A stretch of 64,000 nt of DNA from an uncultured Chloroflexia bacterium (GCA_963712745.1 CAVQJC010000004.1:1-64000), one strand, 5' to 3'. Counted from the first letter of the stretch, positions 41,156-51,062 are shown. A program made the numbers and translations. Notes: a model not told the origin generated them from the letters alone.

Positions 41156-41844
41156 TGCCGGAGAGCGCCCAGGAGGCCATGCGCCGGATGCCGGTCATCC
41201 GTCCGTGGCGCAACATCGAGGTAGCGGCGACCGAGCCCTACGGACGGAAGATGTACCTGTACGTGCAGGCGGCCCCGGTCTTCGAGGAGCACGGCTACAA
41301 GGGCGCGACCATCAAGGCGCTGGCCCACGCCTGCCACCTCAGCCCGGCCTCGCTCTACCACTACTTCGGATCGAAGCGGGAGATGGCGACCTATCCGCTG
41401 ACGAGCCCGGCCATCGACTGGGACAGCGCGTACGTGGACCCGGACATCGACCCGCTGGTCCAGTTGCGCGTGATGCTGGACATGGCGGTGGCGATGTATC
41501 CGATCTGGGCGCTCGCCCTGCGCATGCACGAGGAGATCAACGGCGCTATCGACGACCGCATCCGTGCTGATGGCTGGAGGCAGGGCGAGGCTGTCTTCGG
41601 GCGGCTGCTGGTGGCTGCTGCCCCGGGCATGGACCGCCCCGGGGCCGAGCGCGTGGCACGTGACGTGCTGGCATCACTGGCCGGCACGGCCATGACGGCG
41701 CTCGACTCCGATGTGATGACTGTCCAGCAGGAACGGATGCGCTCCGTGCTGAGAGCCAGCCTGGTACCGGACCACCTTGACGGCCAGCGCTTCGACACCA
41801 TCATGGAGGCTCCTGCGCCGACCGAGCCGCCGACTTCCGAATAG
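41155..41844 (+). CDS. TetR-family regulator
   Basis: GYKGATIKALAHACHLSPASLYHYFGSK; TGATG coupling to pgm. Confidence 0.85.
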   Translation: MPESAQEAMRRMPVIRPWRNIEVAATEPYGRKMYLYVQAAPVFEEHGYKGATIKALAHACHLSPASLYHYFGSKREMATYPLTSPAIDWDSAYVDPDIDPLVQLRVMLDMAVAMYPIWALALRMHEEINGAIDDRIRADGWRQGEAVFGRLLVAAAPGMDRPGAERVARDVLASLAGTAMTALDSDVMTVQQERMRSVLRASLVPDHLDGQRFDTIMEAPAPTEPPTSE

Positions 41845-41864
41845 AACGGCCGACTGATTCGGTC

Positions 41865-41916
41865 AGGTATCCCATACCTTCTGGCTGCATCTTTCGCAGC
41901 CAGAGAGGTATCCCAT
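41865..41916 (+). promoter_or_regulatory. RBS-sequestering hairpin with an alternative pairing
   Basis: 41874-41888 pairs with 41896-41911; aggtatcccat occurs twice. Confidence 0.55.
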
Positions 41917-42550
41917 GACCGAGGGAATGTCCCAGGCAGTCGACTACCGGGCGCGGTCGCGCACAGGCCCCAAGGGCCCCAGTCCGCGGGCCGCGAGCCG
42001 CGCCCTCTATGCAGCCGTGGTGACGATGATCGCCTCGATGGTGGCTATCTCGCTCTTCTTCGGCGGCGCCGGAGCCTTCTGGGGCCCGGTGAACGACCTG
42101 TTCGTGGTAGCCACCGTGCTCCTGTTACTGCCGGCCATGGCCGTGCTCTACCGCCTGGCCGGTGGTCGCGCTGGCACGTGGTTCAAGATCCTGACGGTCG
42201 CCGCAGCCGCTGGCGTGCTGCTCATCGCCGTCGGCCAGTTGGCGCTGGTGGCTGGCCTCATCACGCTCGACGCGTCGTTCACGACCGGTGGCCTCGGCGT
42301 GCTGCCCGTCATCGCGTGGATCGGCGGGACGGGTCTGCTGGCCCGGCGCACGCCCATACTCGGCCGGGCTGTGGGCTGGTGGGCCCTGGCCTTCCTGGCC
42401 CTCATCGGCCTGACCATCGTGGTCGTGCCCGCCACCGGCCTCGACATGGCCACGATGACGTTCTTCCTGGGCGGGCCCTTGATGATCGCGCTCTTCGGCT
42501 GGATGGTGAGCCTGGCCCGGGACCTCGCCCGGGCCGAGAGGCCCGCCTGA
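41915..42550 (+). CDS. Membrane protein (~6 TM)
   Basis: Hydrophobic segments, GPVND motif. Confidence 0.8.
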   Translation: MTEGMSQAVDYRARSRTGPKGPSPRAASRALYAAVVTMIASMVAISLFFGGAGAFWGPVNDLFVVATVLLLLPAMAVLYRLAGGRAGTWFKILTVAAAAGVLLIAVGQLALVAGLITLDASFTTGGLGVLPVIAWIGGTGLLARRTPILGRAVGWWALAFLALIGLTIVVVPATGLDMATMTFFLGGPLMIALFGWMVSLARDLARAERPA

Positions 42551-42556
42551 GGCTCG

Positions 42557-42935
42557 CTAGCTGAAGAACTCCGTGATGCGGGCGGTGTCATCCGAGAAGG
42601 CCCACCGCTCGCTGATCTTGCCGTCCTTCAAGTGGAAGATCTCGGCGGTGTTGTAGTCGAGAGACTGATCGCCGCGAGTGGCGTGGGCCTTCACCAGGGC
42701 CACGACGTGATCGATCGCTGGCGGTGACATCATGGAGCTCGACGGTGATGGTGAAGTCGCTGCTCCCGCCACCGAGACCTTCCGCCATCGCGGCCTTGCC
42801 TCGCACCGGTTCCGAGGCGCCGATGACGTGCCACACGACATCGTCGGCGATCATCTCCCCGAACCCGTCGTAGTCCTGCCGGTTGAGTGCCTCGATGCTC
42901 GTGCGGATCATCTCGGCGTGTGGGTGTTCGGCCAA
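42557..42935 (-). pseudogene. NTF2/SnoaL-like protein with a frameshift (~42715)
   Basis: EHPHAE...ADDVVWHV...ELHDV, then DHVVALV...IFHLKDGKISERW in another frame. Confidence 0.8.
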
Positions 42936-43021
42936 CGTCTGACCCTCCCTAGGGCGAAGTCTGAGCCCCCGCTCGCCGCCATCAGGATAGGGGGCGTGAC
43001 AAGAGTCTCTCGCGACCCAGC

Positions 43022-43987
43022 CTAGCCCTCGGCCACGAGTTCACGCAGGCGGGGCAATCGCTCGATGGTCTCGCGGTCGAATGGAGCCGGCAGGTCGACC
43101 ACCAGATGGGTGAAGCCGAGGTCCAGGAAGCGGCGCCACTGCTCGGCCACATGCTCCTCGCTGCCGACGAAGTCGACCTCCGGGTCGACGACATGTTCGC
43201 TGCCGTTGGCGTCCAGCCCGGCCTGCAGTACGCGCGCGGCTTCGTCGGCGTCGTCACGCAGGACGAGCAGGCCCACCATCGTGTGCTCGATCTCAAGCGG
43301 GTCGCGCCCGACCGCATCGCAGTGTCCACGCAGCACTTCGACCTTGCGCGCGAGCTTGTCGTACGTGCCGCCCACGTTCCAGCCCTGTGCGTGCCGCGCC
43401 ACCGTCCGCAGCGTCTTCCTCTCGCCGCCACCGCCGATCATCAGCGGAAGTCGCCCGGCACCGAGGTAGGGCAGGGGATGGTGCTCGAGCTGGCTGAAGC
43501 CATAGCGCCCACCAGGCTCACTCGTGGCGGTCTCGCCCGCCAGCACGCGGCTGATGCCGCTGACAGCCTCTTCGAGCCAGTCGAGGCGCTGGCCGAAGCC
43601 GGATCCGAAATCGATGCCATGGGCCGCGTGCTCGTACTCGAACCATGCTCCCCCGAGCCCCAGCCAGGCCCGGCCGGCGCTGATGTGATCCAGCGTCACC
43701 GCCGACTTGGCCACAAGGCCGGGATTGCGGAAGGTGTTGGCACCGACCATCAGGCCGAGCTGGATGCGCTCGGTCGCTGCCGCCCACGCGGCCAGCGTCG
43801 TCCAGCCCTCGAAGATCGGTTGCAGCGGATCGCCCACGATGGCGTGGAGGTGGTCCCAGGTCCAGAGGGAGTCAAGGCCGAGCTCATCGGCCAGGCGGGC
43901 ATGCTCGAACAGGCCGGTCCAGTCGGTCCGCTGGGGCCAGAGCAGGGCGCCGACGCGGACCGGGTATCGGTCGCGGTGTGTGGTCAT
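43022..43987 (-). CDS. LLM-class F420-dependent oxidoreductase
   Basis: DSLWTWDH, EGWTTLAA, FRNPGLVAK.A.TLDHIS.GR, IGGGGERKTL. Confidence 0.92.
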   Translation of the reverse strand: MTTHRDRYPVRVGALLWPQRTDWTGLFEHARLADELGLDSLWTWDHLHAIVGDPLQPIFEGWTTLAAWAAATERIQLGLMVGANTFRNPGLVAKSAVTLDHISAGRAWLGLGGAWFEYEHAAHGIDFGSGFGQRLDWLEEAVSGISRVLAGETATSEPGGRYGFSQLEHHPLPYLGAGRLPLMIGGGGERKTLRTVARHAQGWNVGGTYDKLARKVEVLRGHCDAVGRDPLEIEHTMVGLLVLRDDADEAARVLQAGLDANGSEHVVDPEVDFVGSEEHVAEQWRRFLDLGFTHLVVDLPAPFDRETIERLPRLRELVAEG

Positions 43988-44012
43988 GGCCCCGAGGCTA
44001 TAGCATCCGTGG

Positions 44013-44696
44013 GTGCCTTGGACTCGAAACGCGAAGATCGCCTTCATCGGCTCGCACGGGATCCGCAAGACGACCGCTGCGCTGGCGTTCGCGAGCGTGG
44101 TCCAACGGGCCGGCCGCTCGGTCGAGTTCGCGCGCGAGGTCGTTCGCGACAACCCCCTGGGCATCAACGAGGGCGCGACCTCAGAGGCGCAGCTGTGGGT
44201 GCTGACGTCTCAGATCCGGCGCGAGCTCGAGCTGTCGCGCAAGGCCGAGTGCCTGGTCACCGACCGAGGCGTGATGGACAACTTCGCCTACTACTTGCGT
44301 GCCGGTGGCGGCGAAGATCGCTTCGATGCCGAGCCGCTCGTGCGGCAGTGGTCTCGCACCTATGATCTCGTCGTCCGGCTCACGCCGGATGTAGAGCTTC
44401 GGGCTGATGGCGTTCGCTCCACCAACGACCGCTTCCGCGATGAGATCGAGGCCATCCTCGACGCTCGCCTGCCGCGCCTGGTGCCCCGCGATCGCCTGGT
44501 CGTTCAGCCCGCCTCGGGCATCACGGAGAACCACGACTGGTGGCCCCTGGCGGAGCAGCTGGCCGGCCGCCTCGACGAGCCATTGCTGGCCGAGGGAGTC
44601 ACTCGGCCGCTGCGCCCGCCCCGCGCGGCCGCGAGCAGGAGCCGGCGAAACCGGCCCGCGCCCAAGGATCAGCTGGCGCTCGACCTGGGGCGCTGA
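44013..44696 (+). CDS. AAA_28 / NadR-like P-loop protein
   Basis: KIAFIGSHGIRKTT, VTDRGVMDNFAY, DGVR. Confidence 0.8.
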   Translation: MPWTRNAKIAFIGSHGIRKTTAALAFASVVQRAGRSVEFAREVVRDNPLGINEGATSEAQLWVLTSQIRRELELSRKAECLVTDRGVMDNFAYYLRAGGGEDRFDAEPLVRQWSRTYDLVVRLTPDVELRADGVRSTNDRFRDEIEAILDARLPRLVPRDRLVVQPASGITENHDWWPLAEQLAGRLDEPLLAEGVTRPLRPPRAAASRSRRNRPAPKDQLALDLGR

Positions 44697-44780
44697 GCGC
44701 CACTTCTGCCCGAGCCGGGTACAGTCAGCGCGATGCCATCCTCCTCGGGCCCCGGTTGGGGCAACGCCTCCTCCTCACCC

Positions 44781-46238
44781 ATGTCTGACCCGGGCCGGCC
44801 CGGGCCCCTGGACACCGACGTCGCGGTCACGCTACTGCAACGTGGCCAGGTCCTCGCCGACCAGGGCGATTGGGATCTGGCCGCGGGCACGTTCGCTCGG
44901 GTCGTCGGCAGCGAGGACCCGGCACTTCACACTGCAGCCTTGCTGGGCCTCGCGGAGTGCCGCTACCGTCTCGACGAGGAGCCGGCTGCCCTGCAGGCCT
45001 GGATCACTGCCACCCAGGCGCCGGAGAACGAGCTGACCTGGCGGGCCTGGAAGTCGCTGGCTGCGGCCCGCGTGCGGAACGATGACGTAGCCGGGGCAGC
45101 GCGGGCCTACCGCGAAGCCGCTCGCCGGGCGCCGACCTCCGAGCAAGCGGAGCTCCAGTCGCGCATCGGCTGGCTGAGCAAGGAGATGGGCGACGATCGC
45201 AGCGCCGAGCGCGCCTTCAGTCGTACGCGTGCGCCCGGCGTGGCCCAGCCCTACGTCACCTACGGCATCCTGGCCATCACCTCCATCCTCAGCCTGCTGA
45301 TCCTGTTCGGCTTCGAGGAGCTCGGGCTATCGCTGCGGCTGGACAAGGGCGCGGTCTACTACGACGCGGAGTTCTGGCGTCTGTTGACGGTGGCGCTGGT
45401 GCACGGCTCGATCATCCACCTGCTCTTCAACATGTACGCGCTGTGGATCATCGGGCCCATCGTCGAATCGCTCTATGGACCGTGGCGGTTCCTGGCCATC
45501 TATCTCATCTGCATCGCGGCCGGGTCTGCCGCCAGCTACGCCACCTCAGCCAACCCCGGGGTCGGTGCCAGCGGCGGCGTGTTCGGCCTCTTCGGTGCGT
45601 TACTCGTGGCCGACCGGGTGCACAAGCCGGCCCTGACCCGGAACGCCCGCAACCTGACGATGCAGATCGGGTTGCTCATCGTCATCAACCTGGTCATCGG
45701 CTTCACGGTGCCCAACATCGACAACGCCGCCCACATCGGCGGCCTGTTGGCCGGTGCCGTGCTCGGCTTCCTGCTGGTCCCCCAGGGGGCGCTGCTGGGC
45801 TCGTTCTGGTCGCGGCCGTCGACCGGCCCACAGTCCCCGACCGCTCGTCCGGCGGCCCCGGCCGTGCGCACCAGGCCGCTACGTGTCGCCGGCGTGGCCG
45901 CCATCGTCGGAGTCGTGGTCGTGCTCGTGGCTATCGGGCCCATCACCTACGAGCCGCCCATCTGGTGGCTGCTCGCCGGCCAGCCAGGGGCGGTCACGGA
46001 ACGCGTGGGCGATGCGGTAGTTGTCGCGGCGAGCGCGTCGAGCGTGGTCCGCCGGCAGTTCGACCTCGTCGCGCCGAACCGGCAGGTCGACGGCCATGGC
46101 CCGCCGGGGTCCGGGCCCGGGTCCCACGTCGCGGAGTCGCAGGCCGAGCCAGGCAGCCAGGCTGCCGGGCAGGTTCAACCTTGGGTCGAGGGTCCCCAGC
46201 GCCTGGGCGTCGCGGCGCCGGAAGCCATAGCAGCCTGA
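44781..46238 (+). CDS. Rhomboid intramembrane serine protease with N-terminal TPR-like repeats
   Basis: WRLLT..LVH...HLLFNM, GASG, AHIGG; 3' end overlaps the convergent gene. Confidence 0.88.
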   Translation: MSDPGRPGPLDTDVAVTLLQRGQVLADQGDWDLAAGTFARVVGSEDPALHTAALLGLAECRYRLDEEPAALQAWITATQAPENELTWRAWKSLAAARVRNDDVAGAARAYREAARRAPTSEQAELQSRIGWLSKEMGDDRSAERAFSRTRAPGVAQPYVTYGILAITSILSLLILFGFEELGLSLRLDKGAVYYDAEFWRLLTVALVHGSIIHLLFNMYALWIIGPIVESLYGPWRFLAIYLICIAAGSAASYATSANPGVGASGGVFGLFGALLVADRVHKPALTRNARNLTMQIGLLIVINLVIGFTVPNIDNAAHIGGLLAGAVLGFLLVPQGALLGSFWSRPSTGPQSPTARPAAPAVRTRPLRVAGVAAIVGVVVVLVAIGPITYEPPIWWLLAGQPGAVTERVGDAVVVAASASSVVRRQFDLVAPNRQVDGHGPPGSGPGSHVAESQAEPGSQAAGQVQPWVEGPQRLGVAAPEAIAA

Positions 46239-46871
46239 TCGCACGGTCGTCGCATCGCCGGGGCCCACTGGGCCATAGCGGCGCAGGTCGACCGATACGA
46301 GTCCCTCGATCCCGGCCACGGCCACGTCGTCATCCTCGAGTGCGTCACACAGTGGGCCCACGATGTCGCCCTCGACCCGGCGATCCGTGTCGAGCACGAT
46401 CACGACCGTGCCGCTCGCGCGGCGGAGCGCGGCCGAGAGGGCGTCACCAGGGCTGAACGCCTCCACGGTGCGGATGACTTCATCGCTGTGGGCCTCCACG
46501 CTCACCGCGCGGTCCGCCACCACCAGCACCTGCGAGTCTACGGGCAGGTGCTGGGCCAGGGACCGGAGCGCGGGATCAGGCGAGGCGCCGTCGCCGGCCA
46601 TGACCACGACGGTGGCCACGGTGGGCGGCGCCTGCTCCGGCCGCCAGGGCACCGAGTCGACTGCGCCGTACACGGTGTTGCCGTCTTCGACCAGGTCTGC
46701 CGGCCTGGCCTGCAACAGCTCGAAGTCGATGCCGTGGTCGACGACTCGCCAGCCCGCGGCCTCGATGCGAGCGCGCAGCTGGTCGGCGGCGGCCCAGTCA
46801 CGCGCGGCACGCGCGGCCGAGCGTTCCTCGGCCAGCGTGGTGATGTCCGGGGGCGGTGACGGGTCCGACAC
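45879..46871 (-). CDS. CysRS C-terminal-like helical domain fused to a GT2-like domain
   Basis: ERSAARAARDWAAADQLRARIEAAGWRVVD, then ALRRASGTVVIVLDTD. Confidence 0.7.
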   Translation of the reverse strand: MSDPSPPPDITTLAEERSAARAARDWAAADQLRARIEAAGWRVVDHGIDFELLQARPADLVEDGNTVYGAVDSVPWRPEQAPPTVATVVVMAGDGASPDPALRSLAQHLPVDSQVLVVADRAVSVEAHSDEVIRTVEAFSPGDALSAALRRASGTVVIVLDTDRRVEGDIVGPLCDALEDDDVAVAGIEGLVSVDLRRYGPVGPGDATTVRSGCYGFRRRDAQALGTLDPRLNLPGSLAAWLGLRLRDVGPGPGPRRAMAVDLPVRRDEVELPADHARRARRDNYRIAHAFRDRPWLAGEQPPDGRLVGDGPDSHEHDHDSDDGGHAGDT

Positions 46872-46915
46872 GGTCCGAGCATATCGCGTCCTCCAGCGGG
46901 TACCCTTCGCCGGGC

Positions 46916-48355
46916 ATGGAACGAAGCGTCTGGACGGTGACCGTCGCCACGTTCGTGCTGCGATTCGCCACCGGCCTGACCGGGGCGCTGCTCATCTTCC
47001 TGCTCGCGGACTATCCCCAGTACGGCGGCCCGGAGGTCGGCCCGTTCGTCATCGGCCTGTTCACGGCCCTCTTCTTCGCGGCCGAGCTGGTCCTCTCGCC
47101 GCCGTTCGGACTGCTCTCCGACCGGATCGGGCACAACCGCGTCATGCAGGTCGGCCCGCTCTTCGGCCTGGTGGCCGTGCTGGTGACGGCCCTGACAGCC
47201 GAGATCGAGCTGCCGGGAGGCATGACCCTGGCCATCCCGCTCCTGCTGGGGAGCCTCGTGCTGCTGGGCATGACCCGCCTGCTCGAAGGCGCCTCGACCG
47301 CCGCTAGCGTGCCCTCGGTGCTGGGCTTCCTGGCCGTCATCACCAGCGGCGACGAGGATCTGCGGGGCAAGGCTGCGGCTCGCTTCGAGGCCGCCACCAT
47401 CGCCGGGCTCACACTCGGCTTTGCCGCGGCGGGCGCGGTCTGGACCCTGCTGGGCCCGGCCGGTTTCGTGGCCAACGCTGCCGTCTACGTCGTGGCCTTC
47501 GCTCTCTACCGCTGGAACGTGCCCGCCGTGGGCATGCCAGTCATGCAGGGCGCCTCCATGTCGCTCGACTGGCTCCGCTATCGCCGCCTGCTACGACGGA
47601 CACGTGTCTGGCTCCTGGCGCCGACCTGGATCGCGCTCAACGCGGCTCTCGGGCTGTACACCTCACAGACGCTCTTCCAGCTGGTGCGGGTGCCCGATGA
47701 GCGGTTCGCCAACCAGTGGCTGGTGGGCGGCTTCGACGCACTGCTGGTGACCCTGGTGTTCCTGGTGGGTGGTGCCGTGTTCCTGCTGGGCCTGCTCTAC
47801 TGGGGCGGACGCTTCAGGTCGCTGCGACGCACCACCATCATCTTCTACGGCATCGTCGGCGGGGCGGCGTTCGTCGTCTCCGCCCTGCTGCTCAACCACA
47901 CCGTCGAGGAGGCTGCCCTCACCCGGATGCTCTGGCTGGGTGGGCTGCTGGCGGGACTGTTCATGCTGGCCGGGGCCACTCCGGCGGCCCTGGGCCTGCT
48001 CGCCGACATGTCCGAATCGTTCCCGTCTGACCGCGGCGCCGTGATGGGTCTCTACAGCGTGTTCCTCGCGCTGGGTCAGATCATCGGAGCCCTGGTCGGT
48101 GCCGCTGCCGCTGAAGCCTGGGCCTTCGATGGCATCCTGCTGGCCACTCTCGTGCTGCTGGCCATCGCCCTCATGCCACTGGCTCGTCTGCGTCGTTTCG
48201 AGTTCCAGTTCCAGCCGAACCCTGCCAGCGGCCCTGATCGCGCGGCCACCGTGGTCGATCTCTCGGTGACGCGCGCCTATCAGCACGCTGATGCCGAGGC
48301 CTCAGCTGCGGGCCGCGAGGGCGGTGAGGGCGGCGGACCCGGGCAGGGCGCCTAA
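46916..48355 (+). CDS. MFS transporter
   Basis: GLLSDRIG motif A, about 12 TM, RGAVMGLYS. Confidence 0.92.
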   Translation: MERSVWTVTVATFVLRFATGLTGALLIFLLADYPQYGGPEVGPFVIGLFTALFFAAELVLSPPFGLLSDRIGHNRVMQVGPLFGLVAVLVTALTAEIELPGGMTLAIPLLLGSLVLLGMTRLLEGASTAASVPSVLGFLAVITSGDEDLRGKAAARFEAATIAGLTLGFAAAGAVWTLLGPAGFVANAAVYVVAFALYRWNVPAVGMPVMQGASMSLDWLRYRRLLRRTRVWLLAPTWIALNAALGLYTSQTLFQLVRVPDERFANQWLVGGFDALLVTLVFLVGGAVFLLGLLYWGGRFRSLRRTTIIFYGIVGGAAFVVSALLLNHTVEEAALTRMLWLGGLLAGLFMLAGATPAALGLLADMSESFPSDRGAVMGLYSVFLALGQIIGALVGAAAAEAWAFDGILLATLVLLAIALMPLARLRRFEFQFQPNPASGPDRAATVVDLSVTRAYQHADAEASAAGREGGEGGGPGQGA

Positions 48356-49969
48356 GAGTCCGACTCGGGCTCGGCTCCCAGTGATTCGGGCACGAAACGC
48401 ATGATGGCGCGGGTACCACGCAGCAGGCGCAGCGAGTCATCGAGCACGATGTAGCTGTCCGTCGCCGGCAGGGTCTTGAGGTACTCCCGCTGCTGCTTGC
48501 ACTTCTTGCTCTTGGCCTTGTTGCCGGCGCAGGCCCGGCCCTGCGGCGTCGGTTTGCCGATCTGGAGGCGCGTTGCCGCAGGGGTGCGGTAGTCGGCCGT
48601 GTAGACGTTGACCTCGTTCCGGTCGACCGCACCGGTCTCCCCGAGCACGACCTCGATGTCCTCGAACGAGGCCGTGATTGTCGTGCCCTCGATGGGACGT
48701 CGGATGGTCGATTTGCCGGACTTGGGCGAGACGTCCATCCAATCGAGCACCCAGGTGGGGCCCACCAGGTCGGCCTGGGGCCGCAGGCGCATCAGGGTGG
48801 CGCCGCTGACGCCCTTGAGCTCCAGTTCGTCGCCGCGCAGGGCATGGGATGCGGCTTCCCGCAGGGCGCCGAGGAAGTCGTCCTCGATGTCCTGGAGTGG
48901 GGTCGGGTTCTTGGCCCTCGATACGGGGCAGGCGCCCTTGTTGGCGAGACGGATGTCGGACACGTTGACGGCCAGGCCCGAGCGCAGGCTCTCCGCCTTG
49001 AAGGCGCGGCAGATCGTCCGGCCCTCGGCCGCTGTGCCGGTGAACTTCACCGCGGACGTGTTCAGCTCACTCTCGCCCCAGGCGATCTCACCATCGACAT
49101 CGTAGATGGCCACCGGTGTCCAGGTCCGTCGCCCCAGGTCGACGTCCGGGATCAGGGCCAGGCGCGTCGTGCCCAGGTCATCCTGGAGGGCCAGGCCGGC
49201 CGGCAGCACCTTGAAGTCGGTGATCTCACCGAGCGTGTCGATGAGGCGAGCAGCCTGCGCCCGAGCCTGCTCGCTGCATGACTCGAGGCGGTAGGCCAGG
49301 TCCGAGATGCGGACGGTGCCGTCGTTGACGACGTATGAGCCCAGGAACGCGCCGCAGCCGGTGTTGCCCACCAGCCGACCGCCGCGCAGGAACTCGACCC
49401 ACGGGTCGAGGCCCTGGATGACCGGGTCCACCGACCCATCGGCGTCGGCGATGCGGGCCAGGTCCCAGCGGGCCACCGTCGGGTCGTCCTCGATGACCGC
49501 GCGGGTGAGCGTCATGATCGGGTCGCCGATAGCGTCCTGCAGGACCAGGATCGAAATCTGCGCCGGTGAAGGAGGCAGCTTGGTCGATGTTGGCGTAGAA
49601 GGCCTCGTCGAAGGCTTGGGCGCTGGGGTCGCAGTCGAACCGCTCGACTGCCGGCGGGTCGATGAAGATCGTCTGCTGGGAGACCGTGTAGTTCGTTTCG
49701 AACGTGCTGCAGGCAGCCTCGCCGAACGCGAGTCCGGCAAACAGCGACAGGGTCGCTCCCACGCCCGCGGGCACGGGCACCACGTCGCCATTGGTGTCGC
49801 GGTACTTCAGGAGTTGCCATTCCCACTCGATATCACGTGCCTGAAGCTCATCCTGGGCGGAGGCCATGGCCGGCAGGGCCAGCGCGAACGCCAGGAGCAG
49901 GACCGATCCAAGCCCGACGATGCGGACCACAGGGTGCTGGCTGAGGGTGGAGGTGTTGCGACGACTCAT
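48352..49969 (-). pseudogene. Secreted multi-META (HslJ-like) domain protein, frameshift near 49555
   Basis: Signal peptide; about four repeats of W.L...G..GC..F...Y...C...E..F. Confidence 0.75.
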
Positions 49970-50178
49970 ACGACCTCTGGTTCTGGGGCTCCGCGGCTCG
50001 CCTTCGGCAGGATGGCGGGGCGAAACCTGCCCTTCGGAGCGTAGCCTCGCACATTCTCCGAGATTCCGATGCGGGGCCGGCGTAAGGGCAGCTCGGACGT
50101 GGTGTCCTCCCGTGCTGGTGCGGGGTGGAGGGGACTATTGCTGGTTCTTGCGAACCTTTGCTACAGTTGCCGTATCGC

Positions 50179-50253
50179 GGGCCGCTAGCTCAACGGTAGA
50201 GCAAGTGACTCTTAATCACTAGGTTGAAGGTTCGAATCCTTCGCGGCTCACCA
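50179..50253 (+). tRNA. tRNA-Lys (anticodon CTT)
   Basis: GGGCCGC/GCGGCTC acceptor stem, agtga-ctCTTaa-tcact anticodon arm, GTTCGAATC, encoded CCA. Confidence 0.97.
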
Positions 50254-50266
50254 TCCCGACCACAAC

Positions 50267-50293
50267 GACCCCTCCGAACCGTTCGGAGGGGTC
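50267..50293 (+). terminator. Stem-loop after the tRNA
   Basis: gacccctccgaac / gttcggaggggtc. Confidence 0.7.
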
Positions 50294-50358
50294 CAGTCTT
50301 GTCCGGTCGGTGCCTGCGTGCACCCACGCGATGGTACTAGTGCGCTGAGCGGCGACGC

Positions 50359-50490
50359 TCAGCGGCAACGACCCCGTCGCAGGATGAGGCGAGCGACGGC
50401 GTCCATCCGGCTGGCTGGTGCTGAGGTCAGGTCGGGGAACGCATCACCGTCGCCAGCCACGGCCGCCTCGGCCAGGGTCCGTCTGCCACG
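50359..50490 (-). pseudogene. N-terminal remnant of an ECF sigma factor
   Basis: RTLAEAAVAGDGDAFPDL...MDAVARLILR. Confidence 0.55.
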
Positions 50491-50570
50491 GTCGCCCGGC
50501 CCGGGGGCCATCCTCCGCCATCCGCGCCTGGCCACAGGCCGCACCACAGCTCACTGGTGCGCTGGACGCA

Positions 50571-50608
50571 CAGAGAAACCCCCGGCCTGAAGGGAGTCAG
50601 GCCGGGGG
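50571..50608 (-). terminator. Intrinsic terminator
   Basis: cccccggcctga / tcaggccggggg followed by tttctctg on the minus strand. Confidence 0.7.
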
Positions 50609-50712
50609 AGTGAACAGCTCGCCGGAGCGGGCTGCGATGAGTTCGATCGGGGCCGGCGGAGGAGGTGGAGGAAGACCGACCCCGGTCGCACTCGTATGTG
50701 GTTGTGGAGTCC

Positions 50713-50991
50713 TCAGCCCTGGCTCGGGAGCTCCATGATCAGGCTGCGCGTGTGACTGAAGGCCGTGAGTCGGCCGACCAGCCCGGAGAGCCCGGTCTTG
50801 TCCTCGCCGCGGCTGGAGCACTCGAGCCAGACCGACCCGCTGTCGGCGACGGCGAGCATGTGCCGGCCGCAGTTGCAGTAGGGCGCGGAGCGTTCCGCCC
50901 TCTCGATGAGGTCGACCGCGCGCTGGTTCTCGCGCTCGGTCAGGAAGGGTCCCGGACGGGCGGCGAGCCCGGGGACCTGCGTGTGGGTCAT
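50713..50991 (-). CDS. Small Cys/His-containing hypothetical protein
   Basis: RBS AGGAGG; YCNCGRHM...WLEC...H. Confidence 0.75.
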   Translation of the reverse strand: MTHTQVPGLAARPGPFLTERENQRAVDLIERAERSAPYCNCGRHMLAVADSGSVWLECSSRGEDKTGLSGLVGRLTAFSHTRSLIMELPSQG

Positions 50992-51062
50992 GTCGCTAGC
51001 AACCTCCTGGTTGGCTTGGCTGTTCGATCGGGTTTAGCGGATCTCGCCACGGCTCTGTGTTT

